The notes: generated from the letters alone by a model not told the origin. A DNA stretch of 64,000 bases from Chrysomallon squamiferum (GCA_012295275.1 CM022671.1:30132001-30196000), one strand, 5' to 3'. Positions 27,401-41,446 are shown, counted from the stretch's first letter. Program-made: numbers and translations.

Positions 27401-29981
27401 GATAATTACTATTAATTGTTATTAGGTTATTTTAAACTATTATGTACAAGTAAAATTAAATAATAAATTTTAGTTCTGATCTATAGAATATAAATGAACA
27501 TAAAATATATTTGAAATAAATAGAACCTTTTTTTTTCATTAACATTGAACTAATTTCTAATTTTAATGCATGAGCACTGAAATGGGGGGCTGCTTATTTT
27601 AGTAATTTGTAAGATGAGACATTTTCCTGAGCATGAAAATATTTTCAGTTAAAACCTACCTCTCCTTATCACTAAGCTTATCATACAAAACACTCAGAAA
27701 GGTTTCAAACTGGCATAGATCCTCAATCAAATAGACACTGCAAAATCAAAACAACATACAAGTACTACTGATTATGTTAAATAACAAATATTTTTTAATC
27801 TGCTTTTTGTAAGTGCTTCAAATAAAAATATATTAATGTTAACTTGATCTTTTCAACATACAAGAATGCTAGTTATTATTCATACTAAATCAAGTTATAC
27901 ACAGTGACATTACAAACAAAATTACCAGGAAATGCCTCACTAAATCTTCTATTAGAAAACTAGATTGTTAAAATTTAATTCAAACGTTGCTAAAATATGG
28001 GGAAAAATCACATATTTAAAACCTACCCTTTCAACATCCCATTCAGAAAGAAATGATGATCAATAACAATAACAAATGAAAAACAGTATATAAATAATTT
28101 AATTACACTCCTGTTCAATATATAAAATAATATATGAAAATAACAAAACATTATAAAATGTTTCTTAATTCAATTTCTCATTCAAAACTGAAAACAGATC
28201 AACAACTGTAAAATATGTACATGAATACCATCTTCCCTGGCCCAATATCAGATTTAATTTTAATTTTTTTGTACCCTTAAATATCCAGTGACTTGTAAGT
28301 AAGAAAGTAATTATGTATTAATAATAATAAATTTAAAAAAAAACAGCTTATATACATAAGTATATACTACAAATCAATATAAGAAAAAACAGTAAAACCA
28401 TTTTCCGGACTCCACAACATTTTGAAATCATATTTATCAATAATAACAAAAATAAACATTAACACATATGTAACTTTTTTTTGTAAGCTAACCACACTCC
28501 CGTACAATATGGAAATAACAAAAATGACTTATCATCAACCTACCCCCACTCAAATTCGTTCACTGCTGATTGTCTGATGGCCTCAGTCAGGTATTCCTGA
28601 ACTCCAGGATCCTGTAGAATGTCGAAGGGGAATTCCTCGCTGCCTCTCTGACTGAGGCAGTATTTCTGTGATGGACTCTGAGCTCTGCCCTGAACTAGCA
28701 TGCCTCGTATACAGGTGTGCAGCACCATGCAGGTGTAATCTGCCAGTGGCACATCACCAGACATCAACAGATTCCTAAATAACATTTATGTTCATATATA
28801 AAATATATATATACACACACACATTCAGTGTTATTTAGGAATTATTATTATTATTATTTATATAACAACACACATTTAGACAGATACTGGAAAAAAGGTT
28901 GAAAGGATTTATTTAATGATGTAACACACATTTTTATTTTTATTATATGGCACTGTTCATACATGTAGATCTAACCACTGTACTAAGATACACCATAAAC
29001 AGTTGCACACACATATTCATTCTGGTTTAAGTGCTAAAAACATCCACACACATGATAATAATAACAGAGAACTTTCACTAAAAACGTAATAACATTTAGC
29101 ATTATAATCTTTTTTTTTTTAAAGTATCATGATCAGAGGCAGTCTAGATTTTTCATTTCTTAAAAATATGATCAGCTATTCTTACCTAAAATCATCAGAA
29201 AGAAACATATCCCAAACTGTACTCTGATTGGTAGAGTTCCCAACACAAGTGTTGCCAAGAAACTGGATAGCACACCGCAGAACACACACAATAGTTTCAT
29301 CCCTGTTTTCTGTGTTCAGTTTTTGCACAATGTCTCTTGTGTTCATAAGAATGAGTGTGTTTCGAGCCTGCTCCTGGTTTTCACGACAATGAGCACATGC
29401 ATTTCGCATACAGCGGTAATATTCGGCCAAGCAGTCTATGAACTCAGAATCCACAGGAATGTCTTCATCAGACATCAGTTTGTTTTTCAAAGAAGAAAGA
29501 GTATTGGCAAAATGTCCAAAAAGTCTGGGCCCGGCATTGTTCCTGAAAGAAATGATATTCAATAATTAATTATAATAATAAAAGTAATTTAAAAAATACA
29601 TTATATTAGCAAAAATAAATTTTGTAGATATAAAAATCTTCATATATATATTCTAATAATAATAATAAAAATAATAATAAATAAAATAAAATAAAGAATT
29701 AATGGCAAAAACGTATAATTAATCTAATACATCATACAATGATACATGTAACCGTTTTATTCTCTATCAGATTTTGTCCCTGTAAACAGTAAAGTATGTA
29801 TAAAATTGTAAATTATTAGATACATAAAACAAATCATCAATCATAAACTGATAATAATAAAGCAAGGAATTAATTTCAGATTATAATACAGTAATTGGTT
29901 GAAAGCAGAATTTGAAATTGTTTACAGATTTATTTTTTATTTACTTTGTTCAGTATATGTACAGAAAATTACCCTGAAGTG

Positions 29982-30013
<32 letters not shown>

Positions 30014-30281
30014 CAAGCTAATCATAAAATTATCTGTTATTGTTATACTTCAAGATATAAGTTTAATTATTATTATTTATTCAGTATTCAACAATTCCGG
30101 ACCGGAAAACTTGAAATATTTGAGGGAAATTTACAAATTTGAAACGAGGTTAGAATGGCTGATACCTGAAATCGTCCGAATTAAATTCGTTGGTAAGATG
30201 AGTGAGGGTGTCTTTTGCTTCTTTCCAGCTCTGACTGCGAGCTTCCAACACTAAAGCATCTGCAAATTCTTCAAAATTCAT
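24420..30281 (-). CDS. ATXN10: Ataxin-10 (armadillo-repeat protein), 9 exons, ~529 aa
   Basis: Exons: 30281-30166, 29542-29186, 28774-28544, 27737-27660, 26978-26705, 25985-25877, 25618-25452, 25146-25083, 24613-24420. All introns are GT-AG with consistent phases; total 1590 nt including stop. Recognised motifs: RCMRNACAHCRENQ, LRCAIQFLGNTCVGN, LKRDLVRLIANMVYHHPVNQDRVREMDGIPLLLD and the C-terminal ataxin-10 domain DDRNPYITQWVVLAIRNLLEGNDENK. Confidence 0.93.
24614..25082 (-). other. U12-type (minor spliceosome) GT-AG intron in ATXN10
   Basis: The 5' splice site is |GTATCCTT (plus strand aaggatac, 25075-25082). The branch site TCCTTAAC at 24631-24624 lies 10 nt upstream of the 3' splice site, and there is no long polypyrimidine tract. 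Splicing restores NP-Y-ITQW. Confidence 0.92.
27152..27336. mobile_element. Putative Tc1/pogo-type MITE in an ATXN10 intron
   Basis: TA|CAGGTACCCAACTATTTA ... TAAATAGTCCAGTATCTG|TA. The terminal inverted repeats are imperfect (16/20 matches including the TA) and flanked by TA target-site dinucleotides; length 185 bp. Confidence 0.5.
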
Positions 30282-30447
30282 GATTATTTTTTCTCAGTTT
30301 TTCCAGCACATGCCAATTTCATTTCCGGTAACAACAAAGAGACCGCACAAAAATGCCACGGTATGTTTGATTGGATTAATAATTTGCTACTAAACTGGTT
30401 CTTTCTTTACGCTTTCAAAAGAAGAGTAACAGTGTACACCATCGGAC
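30282..30447. promoter_or_regulatory. Compact bidirectional promoter shared by ATXN10 and HSD17B10
   Basis: Only 166 bp separate the divergent ATGs. It contains an ETS-like ATTTCCGGT (30321-30329), CCAAT-box-like GCCAAT (30312) and TGATTGG (30368), and retains CpGs locally. Confidence 0.7.
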
Positions 30448-31201
30448 ATGTCTTCGATAGCATCTTTGAAGGTTGTTTTAAAAGATAACGTGTTTATGCT
30501 TAATTGTCTTTGACATTGCATTTACATCTTTCAAGTTAATTTAAGTACTGTTAAAGTCAGGAATAAAATTGTTGTTGTCACACACTAATTATTGCTATAA
30601 AAGAGAAAAGACTCAAGTGGCCTTGTCACGTTTTTGTTATATGGTCTTCTGACAGAAAACTCAAGTTCTATTGATCATTGGATTAGAATTGAAAGTTAAA
30701 AAAAAAAGAGAAAAAAAGATATTAGTGCAAGTTATAATGACCTGTAAAAGTAAAAAGCTGCACAACTGACTGACATGATAATAATAAAACTAATAAACTT
30801 GTTTAACTCAAATTATTAAAGCATTAATGATTAAATCATCAAGTAGTTACATTAATTATATCGGTGTTTACATGCTTATAATGTTGTATATAGTAATATG
30901 CCGTAATCTGATGAAAATAACCATAACTGAGTATCTTTTAAATTTGATGGATGTTACCAGTTATATGTATGTATGTATGTATGTAAATTTTATTTTTTCT
31001 GAATTTAATGGTGCTTCTAATTGTTAAACAAACATCATTTTCACTGGAAATATTTATATTTTAATATAAGAATAGAAATAATGCTATTTCTGTCACATTA
31101 GGTTTTTGAAAATATTTTGTGTAGGTGATTTCCATTTAATCAGTAAAACACATACCAGTTTTTTTGTGATCTGGTCACACAGTATCTATCTATCTATCTA
31201 T

Positions 31202-31240
<39 letters not shown>

Positions 31241-31904
31241 GCTAACTGTCTATCTATCTATCTATCTATCTATCTATATATATATATATTCAAATTTTTT
31301 ATATCATATTATGATGATAATGATTACTACTATTACTACTGTTATTATTTATTAACATTTATTGTTACTATTATCATTGTTATGATTACTACTACTACTG
31401 CTCCTGTAATTATTTATTATTAACATTTATTATTATTATTACTATTATCATTTTTATTATTACTACTACTATTACTATTATTACTACTACTACTGCTACT
31501 ACTTCTACAATTATTATTATTATTAATATTATTACTACTACTACTACTACTATAATTATTATTTTTTATTATTATATTATTATTATTATTGTTATTTTTG
31601 TTACTGTTATTAGGGAATGGTTGGTCTGGTGACCGGGGGTGCCTCTGGTCTGGGACGAGCCACAGTTGAGCGATTCATCAAACAAGGGTCTCGAGTTGTT
31701 CTCTGTGATCTTCCCACTTCCAAAGGAGAAGATGTTGCTAAGAATCTGGGAGAAAACTGTGTTTTTGCACCTACTGATGTATGTTTAGCAACTAAGACTT
31801 TTCTTTTAGTTTTAAACAACATTATTTATTCCACTGTTTCTAATAATGGTTGGATTGATCAACAGACTGATGTTTTTATAATATTTTCAGCCTCACTGTC
31901 CTCA

Positions 31905-31937
<33 letters not shown>

Positions 31938-33739
31938 ATATATATATATATATATATTAATAAGTTTATATACTTTTTTTTAACATAAAGATGTTTTCCT
32001 TTGTTATGCTTTTTTAGGTGATAAAAGATTAAGATCATATGTTATTATTTTATTTGGAATCTTAATACTTTTTTATGTTATATTTTTATATCTTTTCTTC
32101 AAACTGAATTTTAAAAGAAAAAAAAATAATTAAGAAAGATTGTTATTAAATTGTTTTAATTTTCTGAAAAAACATATACATATTTATCACAGATTACTTC
32201 TGAAAGTGATGTTAAAAAGGCCCTGGATATTGTCAAAGACAAGTTTGGTCGTCTGGATATGACTGTCAACTGTGCTGGTATTGGAGTCGCTTTCAAGACT
32301 TACAACTTCAACAAAAATCTACCTCACAAACTGGAAGACTTTGAAAAAGTGCTCATGGTAAGATTTTTCTCAGACAAGACAAAATTACAATTCTTTCCTA
32401 TTATTTGTTATAATGTGATTTATTCTTTGTTGCAGATTGTTATTATTAAAGTTTTTCATTGGTTTGTTTGTAATCATAATACATTAATATAGCCATCTGT
32501 TGTCATCAATCCGGAAAATGCAGGTTAAAATAAATTCCAAATAACCATGGTTATTCTAAGATTCAGTGCCACTGATAAATGGTTTATCAAAGGCTTTGGT
32601 TTCTGTTTTACTGATTAAAGACAAAGTGCAAATAAAATATACTTTATAACCAGTAAAGGTAACCCGATATGTAGTCAACTTCAGATTTTCTCTGACATAT
32701 CTCGTTACAAAAACACAACTGTCATTTAATAATCATTAAAACTTTTATAATAAACCATTAATTTATTCTTCATTTAATCTCTGTTTATTTTTTATATTTT
32801 TTTTGCTAATTAAGGTCAACACTCTTGGTACTTTTAATGTCATTCGTCTGGCAGCTGGCGTGATTGGTGAGAATGAGCCTAACAAAGACAAACAGCGTGG
32901 CGTCATCATCAACACGGCGAGCGTTGCAGCTTACGAAGGTCAGATGGGTCAGGCAGCCTACTCGGCCAGCAAAGGAGCCATTGTGGGGATGACTCTCCCC
33001 ATAGCCAGAGATCTGTCCACCCAGGGGATCAGAGTGGTGACAATCGCTCCAGGTAAATAACTGTAATTTACATTTGTATGTAGAGTATGGTGGTCTGTTG
33101 TATTGTCTGTGGTGTGTGTGTGTGTGGAGTTTCTGGATGTGTGTGTGTGTGTGTGTGTGTGAACAGAGTGGGGTAGAGCAAACAAATTACTTAGCATAAG
33201 CAGCAGAAAGAGAGAGGCCAGCCAGTCTCAAAATAACCTTGTCAGTAATAAATTTGATCTACTGTAGTTCCAAGTAATGTTTTAGTAAAGATTGTTTGAT
33301 TTAAAGAGAATTTAGAACAGTTTGGTGTCTCATTAATCCTAATATTAACAGTGATATTAACAGTAGAATATTTATAAATGTCAATATGAAAAATGAAACT
33401 TATCTTTAAAACACAATTTAAAAACATTTCTGATCACCCATATTCTTACTACATCGTTTATAAATATTTTCAAATTTTGTTTTCTCAAAAGTTAATAAAT
33501 AATTGGTTATAGTTTTAAATTTATTCATCAGTTATTTGATTCCTACAGGTTTATTTGATACTCCACTTCTGGCTGGATTGCCAGAGAAAGTCAGGACTTT
33601 TCTAGCTTCCACAATCCCTTTTCCTCAGCGACTGGGAAATCCCGAAGAATTCGCACACCTGGTGCAGGCCATTGTAGAGAATCCTTTATTGAACGGGGAG
33701 GTAATCCGACTGGATGGTGCTTTGAGAATGACTCTTTAA
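30448..33739 (+). CDS. HSD17B10: 3-hydroxyacyl-CoA dehydrogenase type-2 / 17-beta-HSD10 (scully, MRPP2), SDR family, 5 exons, ~260 aa
   Basis: Exons: 30448-30471 (MSSIASLK), 31614-31778, 32193-32357, 32815-33052, 33549-33739; total 783 nt with consistent phases. Motifs: Rossmann [55 protein letters not shown] (catalytic YxxxK) and C-terminal [14 protein letters not shown]. Confidence 0.96.
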
Positions 33740-35606
33740 AATGAGTAAAAAAAAATAGCATCAATATTTCTAACTCAGTACGCAAAATGAACAAACATTT
33801 CATTGTAAAATACGACAGGCTGAAAGAATAGAGGTTATGTCTACCAGAAATAAATCATGGACAATGGATTAAGTGTGTAATGGTAAAAGCAAATAAGATG
33901 ATATGGTATTTTAGAATTGTTATGTTCAGTGAGATTGGAGAATGTCTTTATTAAAACATTTTGTTATAGAACTTATTTCATAACAAAATAATGATTTTTT
34001 CCATGTATACACATCTTTATGTTTAAAAATTAATTAGAAAAGAACCTATATTTGGCAATATTCAATGTTCAGATCATACACTGGTTTTTCTTTTTTCTCA
34101 TTAAATTTTAGAATTATTTATACACATTTAATGGTGCATAAGCAAATTGATATGTATTGTAAAAAAGATATTTCGTTGTACTGTTTAAATGAGTAACTTG
34201 CAAACACTTACACAATTGTAGTTTTAAGCAAGTTTAGGCTTTTGAGAATCATTTTCATTTTGTATCATTTTAAAAAAATATGTTTTAATTAATATTTATG
34301 AAATCTAAGATTATTTTTATTTTAATAAAAATATCTACGTGTGGAACACATGACAAAATAGTTTTATAAAAAATATAATTTTGCAGTGCAAATTATACTG
34401 GTAACTATAGAAATAAAAATATTCATCTATACTATATTTCTTTTGTTTTATATTGTTTGTTGTATTTTTTTTTCTTTTGTTTTTACTGTAATTGTTGATA
34501 CATATTCCTTAATACATTTTTTTTAATTTTTAATTTTTTTTTTTAAAGAATAAAGGCAATAAAAATAGTGATTGATGAATAAGAAAAATAAAGATGAATT
34601 TTTATATATAGCACTTTATTTACATAAAACAGAAGACAATAAAACAATACAATGAGCAATGTTTGAAGTATAAAAATAGCACTATAACAGTTTTGTGACA
34701 TTTTATTTAAAGATATAACAGCCAAGAAATTGACATGTTTGTTGTTAACTTCATTTAACAAAAAGCTATGATAAATACTATGAGTTTCAGTTTCCATTTT
34801 CACAATCCAAGAATAACAAAATAACATGTTAATTTGGTTTATATTTTTAAAGTCTCAAATTCAGTGAATTTTTTCTTTTCACAATGCAATTCAAAAACAT
34901 GATAAATGGAGTATCTGGAATGTCAGAAATAACAAATTTTTTGAAAATTAAAAAAACCCAAACTGATGTGATAACATAGTAGTATTAAAAAATGTAAAAT
35001 AAAATAATCAATCAGTTAAAAGGTTGCTTATTTATGTCTCAGTCAACTAATAAAACTAAATATTTTATTTTTAAAGGAATCAGATTTTGTTTGAATTTGT
35101 AATGATCATTAAATTATATTTATTATTTTTATTTTTTTATTTTAATGTTTTCTCATAGTCATAAAAGTATTTTTTCTTCTTCTTCTTGTTTAAAAATATC
35201 GCAAGTGCCAGTTTACATTTTGTTCTAATAAGAATTTTTTTTTATTTCAAAAGTTAAATTTGCAGAATACCTAGTCTAGTTTGGTAGTTTTTTTAATTAT
35301 GACAATTGGTTTATATATGTGTGTGTGTGTGTGTTTGCAAATAATTAAGATTTTTTTTCTACAATACACACTTGGTGAAAATATTTTAATTTTGTTTATA
35401 ACAGTATATTTAAAGATCAAAACAAAAACAATATTAATTATAATGCTGAAATTTCATTCCTTCTCATATTACTTTCTAGGATTTTGTCATCCTTTTTTGA
35501 CAATAGCAAAATTTGCATTGGTGTAAATTTTGTTTTGGTACCAATGCCATTTCAACAAGTTGCGATGTATTGTTAATATTTAGACACACCAACTGTTTCA
35601 TGCAGA

Positions 35607-35762
35607 ACTATTAGTTGTCAGTGTTGTTGTATGTTACATGGGAAACTCAGAAACGTAGACTATTAGTTGTCAGTGTTGTTGTATGTTACATGGGAAACTC
35701 AGAAACGTAGACTATTAGTTGTCAGTGTTGTTGTATGTTACATGGGAAACTCAGAAACGTAG
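35607..35762. repeat. Three perfect 52-bp tandem copies spanning the fibulin D-type stop codon
   Basis: ACTATTAGTTGTCAGTGTTGTTGTATGTTACATGGGAAACTCAGAAACGTAG at 35607, 35659 and 35711. Confidence 0.95.
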
Positions 35763-36564
35763 ACAACTGCATGTGTAATGTGCCTTGTAATTACAGTGGT
35801 GCCCGAAAAGTCACGATTTTCCAAAATCATTTTGATGTCAAATTCCTTAGGTCCGTATAATGGTCGAAGCAGCTTCAAGTATGCTGAAATAAAAGATGTA
35901 AAAATTTGAATTAATGAAATACTCTGAAATATTTATATTTATCATTTTCTTAATATTAATCATAACATTTGTGTTTGTATGATGCATGTATGCATGCATG
36001 TGTATACACACACATACACATGTATAAAACAAAAATTAAGAAATTAACCCCAAACCAAACATATATATATATATATATATATATAAAAACAAAAAAACTT
36101 GTGCACCAGCTGTATCCCCGAATCCACAGATATAACCATGTCACAAATACTTGTCCTAACTGTAAAATGCACTACATGATAATCTTTAAATTAAGTCCCA
36201 AATAAACATATAAAATGTATATCTCTGACTTCATCAATACCCCTTCCCAAAACACAATAACAAAAATTTACAAACTGAGGAAGGTCCACAAAAGAAAAAC
36301 AAGCACAAACCTCTGTCTCCATTTACGACAGTTCTGAAATATCCTTCCCTGTTTCCATCTACAATCTCCAGGTGCAGGTTGGGATAGATCGAGTACCCGA
36401 TTGTTTTAATGTTGAGTATCGTCAGTGGCTGTTTGACAAACTCGATGGTGGGAAGAGAGAGGAACTGCCAGGACACTGTCTTGGTTTTGTTGTAGTAGCA
36501 GTCGACATCAAGTTTGTTACATGTACGACCACACACGATGCCACCATCGTCAGCTATGAGTTCA
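35738..36564 (-). CDS. FBLN1: Alternative distal (fibulin-1D-like) domain III exons of the fibulin gene; isoform ~867 aa
   Basis: Exon 36564-36311 has a phase-2 acceptor matching the phase-2 donor at 41782 and reads ELIADDGGIVCGRTCNKLDVDCYYNKTKTVSWQFLSLPTIEF...LEIVDGNREGYF. Exon 35883-35738 reads AYLKLLRPLYGPKEFDIKMILEN...VVYVSEFPM*. Both resemble my recollection of the fibulin-1D domain (C..SC...DV.C, SLPT, EGN, RP..GP, FVSEY). Confidence 0.82.
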
Positions 36565-38884
36565 CTGTGGAAGAAATGTTTAGAGTGAAAAATGAAGTGC
36601 TGTTACTATAATTAGCTTCAAGTATGGCCTCCATCATTAACCTTTAGTTTGCTAAAATAAGAAAATAAATAAAAATTAGTAGTATTCAGTAATGAATTTA
36701 TTTCTATTATTTCTATTATTTCAGGCATGACTAGAAATCACATCATCATTGTTCATTATTAGTTTACAAATAAAGCCAAAATATTTTACAATACTGTAGT
36801 TTTCTATGAAATGAATCTCACAGTAGCAGTTAATATCCATGCTACATGAATTACCACATAAACACCATAATCATTTACTGTAACTGAGAAACAAACAATT
36901 ATAAATATTTAATTCCACTTCATCAAACATGAATTTTAATGATTACTTGGTATCCCATCTTGAGAATGTGATACATTTACAAATGTGACACAGAGAGAAA
37001 ATCCTCCAAATACCAATACTAGACATTTTTGTTGTTTTCAGGTGCAATTTTAATTTTATATATATATATTTTTTTTTTTCTGTCTGTTGGTAGCAAGAAA
37101 CTGTTTTATATGCATCTTTACAAAAGTATTAAAGTATAATTGTAATATGGACTTTGGTAATATATCAGATAGAGAAACTTTCTAAGTGTTGATTCAAATA
37201 TTGTCAAGAGATTTTCAAATGAGTTAATGTACACACTAGTTTTTTAAGATTAATCTATCTAAATGTGATGCATAATTTCATGCAGATTTTTCATTAATGC
37301 TGATATTGAACTTTATGAATTATTCTTCAGAATATATAACATAATTTCATATCTTTTTTAAATTTAATTTTTTTTATATATATGTGAAAGAAAAATATTA
37401 AATACAAAGCACAGACATTTATTTAAATTTTATTGACATTATGAGTTTATACATTTTTATTAACACACAAATATTATTTCATTCAAAGTCCAAACAGATG
37501 TACCTTTCTGTGTATGACAGACACCTAGATGACAATAAAATTCTCAATTTAATTTCTCATTTTGAATAAAAATTAGCATGCTTCAACATAAAAAAAAAAA
37601 AATAATAATAATAATAATAATAGTAATAGTAATATTATTGCAAAAAAACTAAAATTGGGTAAAAATATAATGAACAGGAAGTAAAGATGATAGTTAAATT
37701 TCATTGTTACTGCTTTTATGTTTACAAAAACAGGTAAATGGCACAATTTATTTCACAGAAACATGAAGAACACATTTATCACCTAATCGATATGCAGTGC
37801 TGTTTTTAATTCCAAAAATCATAATTGTTTTTAAAAAAGTTAAACAAAACAAGTAAATATTAATCATGTGGAAAATTTCTTTAAGCAATGATATGACCTT
37901 CAGTTTTTTTTAAAATCTAACATGTACAGTTTCCTCCAATATTTCACAAAGGAAAATTAACATGACGAAATTTTACAAATGCATTACCAGCAACACAGGT
38001 GTAATCTTTAAAAATTAATGGTGGCATTTTTTATTTAAATCTAAGATACTTACATTTTTGTTTTCAGATAAAAAATACATGATATTTTGTAAAAATAAAA
38101 TTGAAAGAAAAATCTAAATGAAAGGTTCATCTATTACACACAGATTTTCTTTTATTTCAGTGGCAATAAATTATATTTAAATTCTAGAAATAAAATGTTA
38201 AATATTTAAAAAGTGAAAAAACCTAACAACAACAAATTATTACTGGGAAAATATAATTGGAGAGAGATTCAGCCATTTTTCTTTAGATCTGTATCTGACA
38301 ATGAATATGGTATTTTATTTTGATTCTTGTGATAAAAAACATAATAAAGGCAAAACTGAAGAGTTTTTGTCATGCACTTTATAAGCATCGAATATTTTAT
38401 GTAATAATGAAAATAAAAGGGATTTTTTTTTTTTTTTTTCAAACTGTTAATTACAAGGTTTATCCTTTCATCTGGCAATTAGAAAAAAATAAAAAATTAA
38501 AAAAAATAAAATCATAAGGTATTTTAAAAAGGAAAAAGAAATGACAAAATTAGGCAGTAACAAAAAACATCTTCTTGTATTAAGATACACAAAACTATGC
38601 TAGAGTGAATGCAAGTGTTACAAAACTAACAGGAACACTTCTGCTATTCATTTGATGAACACTACAACAACAATGCTTAACCTGTTCTTATTATACAATA
38701 ATAACCGTTATTATTTTTAAACTGAATACAAATAGCCAGAATTAAGCAAGAGCTGTAACATGGAGAGATGGAGGTAGAGTTCTTCAATCCTTTGTGGCCA
38801 AAGCTGCCACACACAGATCTACCATTTTTCATTGTGAAGAGCAGGATATTATACAAAGTGTTTTTTTTGTTTGTTTTTTTAAAA

Positions 38885-39540
38885 TGTCAAAACTAAAGAA
38901 GTACCTCATCAGTTATACACACATAAACAGATTTATTTTTTATTTTATTTTATTTTATTTTATTTTATTTTATTTTTTAAATTGTAAAAACTAAATAAGA
39001 GCATCGTTATATTGAGATATAAGATTATCATAATTTTTCTTTTGGTATTTTATTATTATATTTGTTTTATATATTATTTATTTATTAATTAACTAACTAA
39101 TTTATTTATTTTTCATATATTATTTTTTATATTGTCAAAACTAAACAGGAGCATCATCAATTATACAGAGATCTGATAAGATTATTTATTTATTTATTTA
39201 TTTATTTTTTTGGTTTATTTATCTGTTTGTTTTTTTTTTTTTTTTTTTAAATTGTCAAAACTAAACAAGACAATTATCTGTTATACAGAGAAACACATAA
39301 GATTATTTTTTCATTTTTTTTTGATTTATTTATTTATTTATTCATTCACATTATCAAAACTAAACAAGAGCATCATCAGTTATATAGAGATTATTTATGT
39401 ATTTATTATTTTTTTGTTTTTTGTTTAATTATCAGTTTATTTGGTTTTTATTTTATCAAATTGTTAAACAAGACCATTTATTTATCTGATTATTTATTCA
39501 TTTTTGATTGATTTATTTATTGATTTATTTATTTATTTAC

Positions 39541-39587
<47 letters not shown>

Positions 39588-39681
39588 TTCACATTATCGA
39601 AACTAAACAAGAGCGTCATCAGTTATACAGAGATACAGATAAGACTATTTATTCATTTTTGATATATTTATTTACTTATTT

Positions 39682-39712
<31 letters not shown>

Positions 39713-39775
39713 TTCATTCACATTATCGAAACTAAACAAGAGCGTCATCAGTTATATAGAGGTACAGATAAGACT
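38885..39775. repeat. Degenerate ~100-150 bp tandem array containing copies of the fibulin C-type stop-codon region separated by (TTTA)n
   Basis: The core AACTAAACAAGAGCGTCATCAGTTATA recurs at about 39731 (coding), 39601, 39357, 39257, 39137, 38987 and 38889, with more mismatches in the distal copies. Confidence 0.85.
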
Positions 39776-41415
39776 CTGCATAGCCTTGAACGCCAGTCTC
39801 TATGTCGTGTATCTTCATCCTCATCTTGATCACAACGTCCTGCGGGCCCTCGATTCGCTTGATCAAGCTGATCGTGCCCTGGTTTGCCTGCTCTTTCAGA
39901 AAGAAGTATCCCAGATCTGCCTGTTTCACTCCTGCCCTCAGGGGTCGCGCAGACTCCAGAAACAGTCGCCATGTGTAATATTTCTTAGCAATATTTGCAC
40001 CAGTCATGGCAAACAGGTTGGCTGGGACAATCACGTTCGTTGGCCAGGTTAGAAAATTATAAGATAACGAAAGCAAGCCCTTCAAACATTCTGGACAGTT
40101 GTCGGACACTTTCTTGCATTTGACACTGCAATGAAATGAAAACCAGAAATCTGCATGAGCAAAAAGCAAGGAAGATGAATTTTTTTTATTTTCTTTATTT
40201 ATTTTATTAATAAATTTTATTTTTTTTAGACTAAAATGGTTTAGAGCAAAAAAAAATGTTTAGAACAAAATTTTACAGGTTTTTTTTTTTTTTTTTAAGG
40301 AAGGGATGTGTTTGTTTAAAAATAACAATTAAAAGTGAATGATGTAAAAATATCAAAGCAAATATCAAAGTTAAATATCAAAGCAAATTATTATATAGCA
40401 ATTTTATTATTTTATTTTAATTTTTTAATTTTAATTTTTTAATTTTTAATCAAAACAATTACTAGAAACAGTATCACCAAGCTAAATAAATATTTAAAAT
40501 AAAATAAAATAAAAATGAAATAATGACTCCTCCCCACCTATTCTACAGATATAAAAAGTTATAAGTAAAAATAAAAACTTATAAGATGTGTCTTTACAAT
40601 TATTACCTAATGTCTTCCAAATAAATGAAACAAATTTTAAAACAACATTTTAGTATTGGTTAGATGGTATTAATGTTTCAGGGAAGTTTATTGTACATAA
40701 TGAGATAAATATAGGTAAAATACACTGGTTTCTAAGAAATGGTAAAAATGTTAAATATCTGTTGCTGCTACAGATAGTATCAGGCAAAAGGCATGCAAAT
40801 ATGAAAGCAAAATATGCACAAACATGTAAGTGCAGATTTCTGATTTTCAAATTGCATCAATTTTTCTAAACATATTTGCACATCTTTTTTAATTTTCAAA
40901 GTTTAATATGTAATATTCTAAAAAGTAATGGTTATTCAGAAAAACAATCTGCAGAGATTTTGTTTTTAATTTTTAAAATTTAAAAAAAAAATCTTTACCA
41001 TGTTCAAAGGCTTTTTAACTAAAAGAAATATATATTTTCATTCATTTTCTATTGTTTTAGTTTTTTCCAATAAATGTTTTTAATTTTTAAAATTTTTAAT
41101 TCTTTTTTTTTTAAATATTCTTTTTTTAATAAAACACATTTAATAAATACCAAAATCCAAAATACTGTTTTAATTTTTTTTTTTAAATTGACTAATGACA
41201 TGATGATGAATATCTGTTATCTGATATCTTATTTTTCATGTTCCAACCACTGTTCCATAACTGGTACACTGAAAACACACCTCTAATCTGTTATTTGAAA
41301 CCAATATCCTTTCACTCTGCAGTGTGCACTTATGAAGAATATTAATATTTAAAAAAAATAATAATAATAAAATAAATAATACCCACTTGACTGAAGATTT
41401 AATTAACTTATTATT

Positions 41416-41446
<31 letters not shown>

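Noticed and set aside
24614-30165. Equivalent of the human SCA10 (ATTCT)n repeat in ATXN10 introns
   Set aside because: I saw no ATTCT array in any intron.
36234-36611. ORFs 36234-36536 (-) and 36372-36611 (+) as a standalone small gene
   Set aside because: They are better explained as the D-type fibulin exon 36564-36311 and its antisense shadow.
28900-41270. Fragments at about 28900-28985, 36985-37165 and 41210-41270 that recall a gastropod SINE-like repeat
   Set aside because: The similarity is from memory only and too degenerate to support without a repeat-library search.
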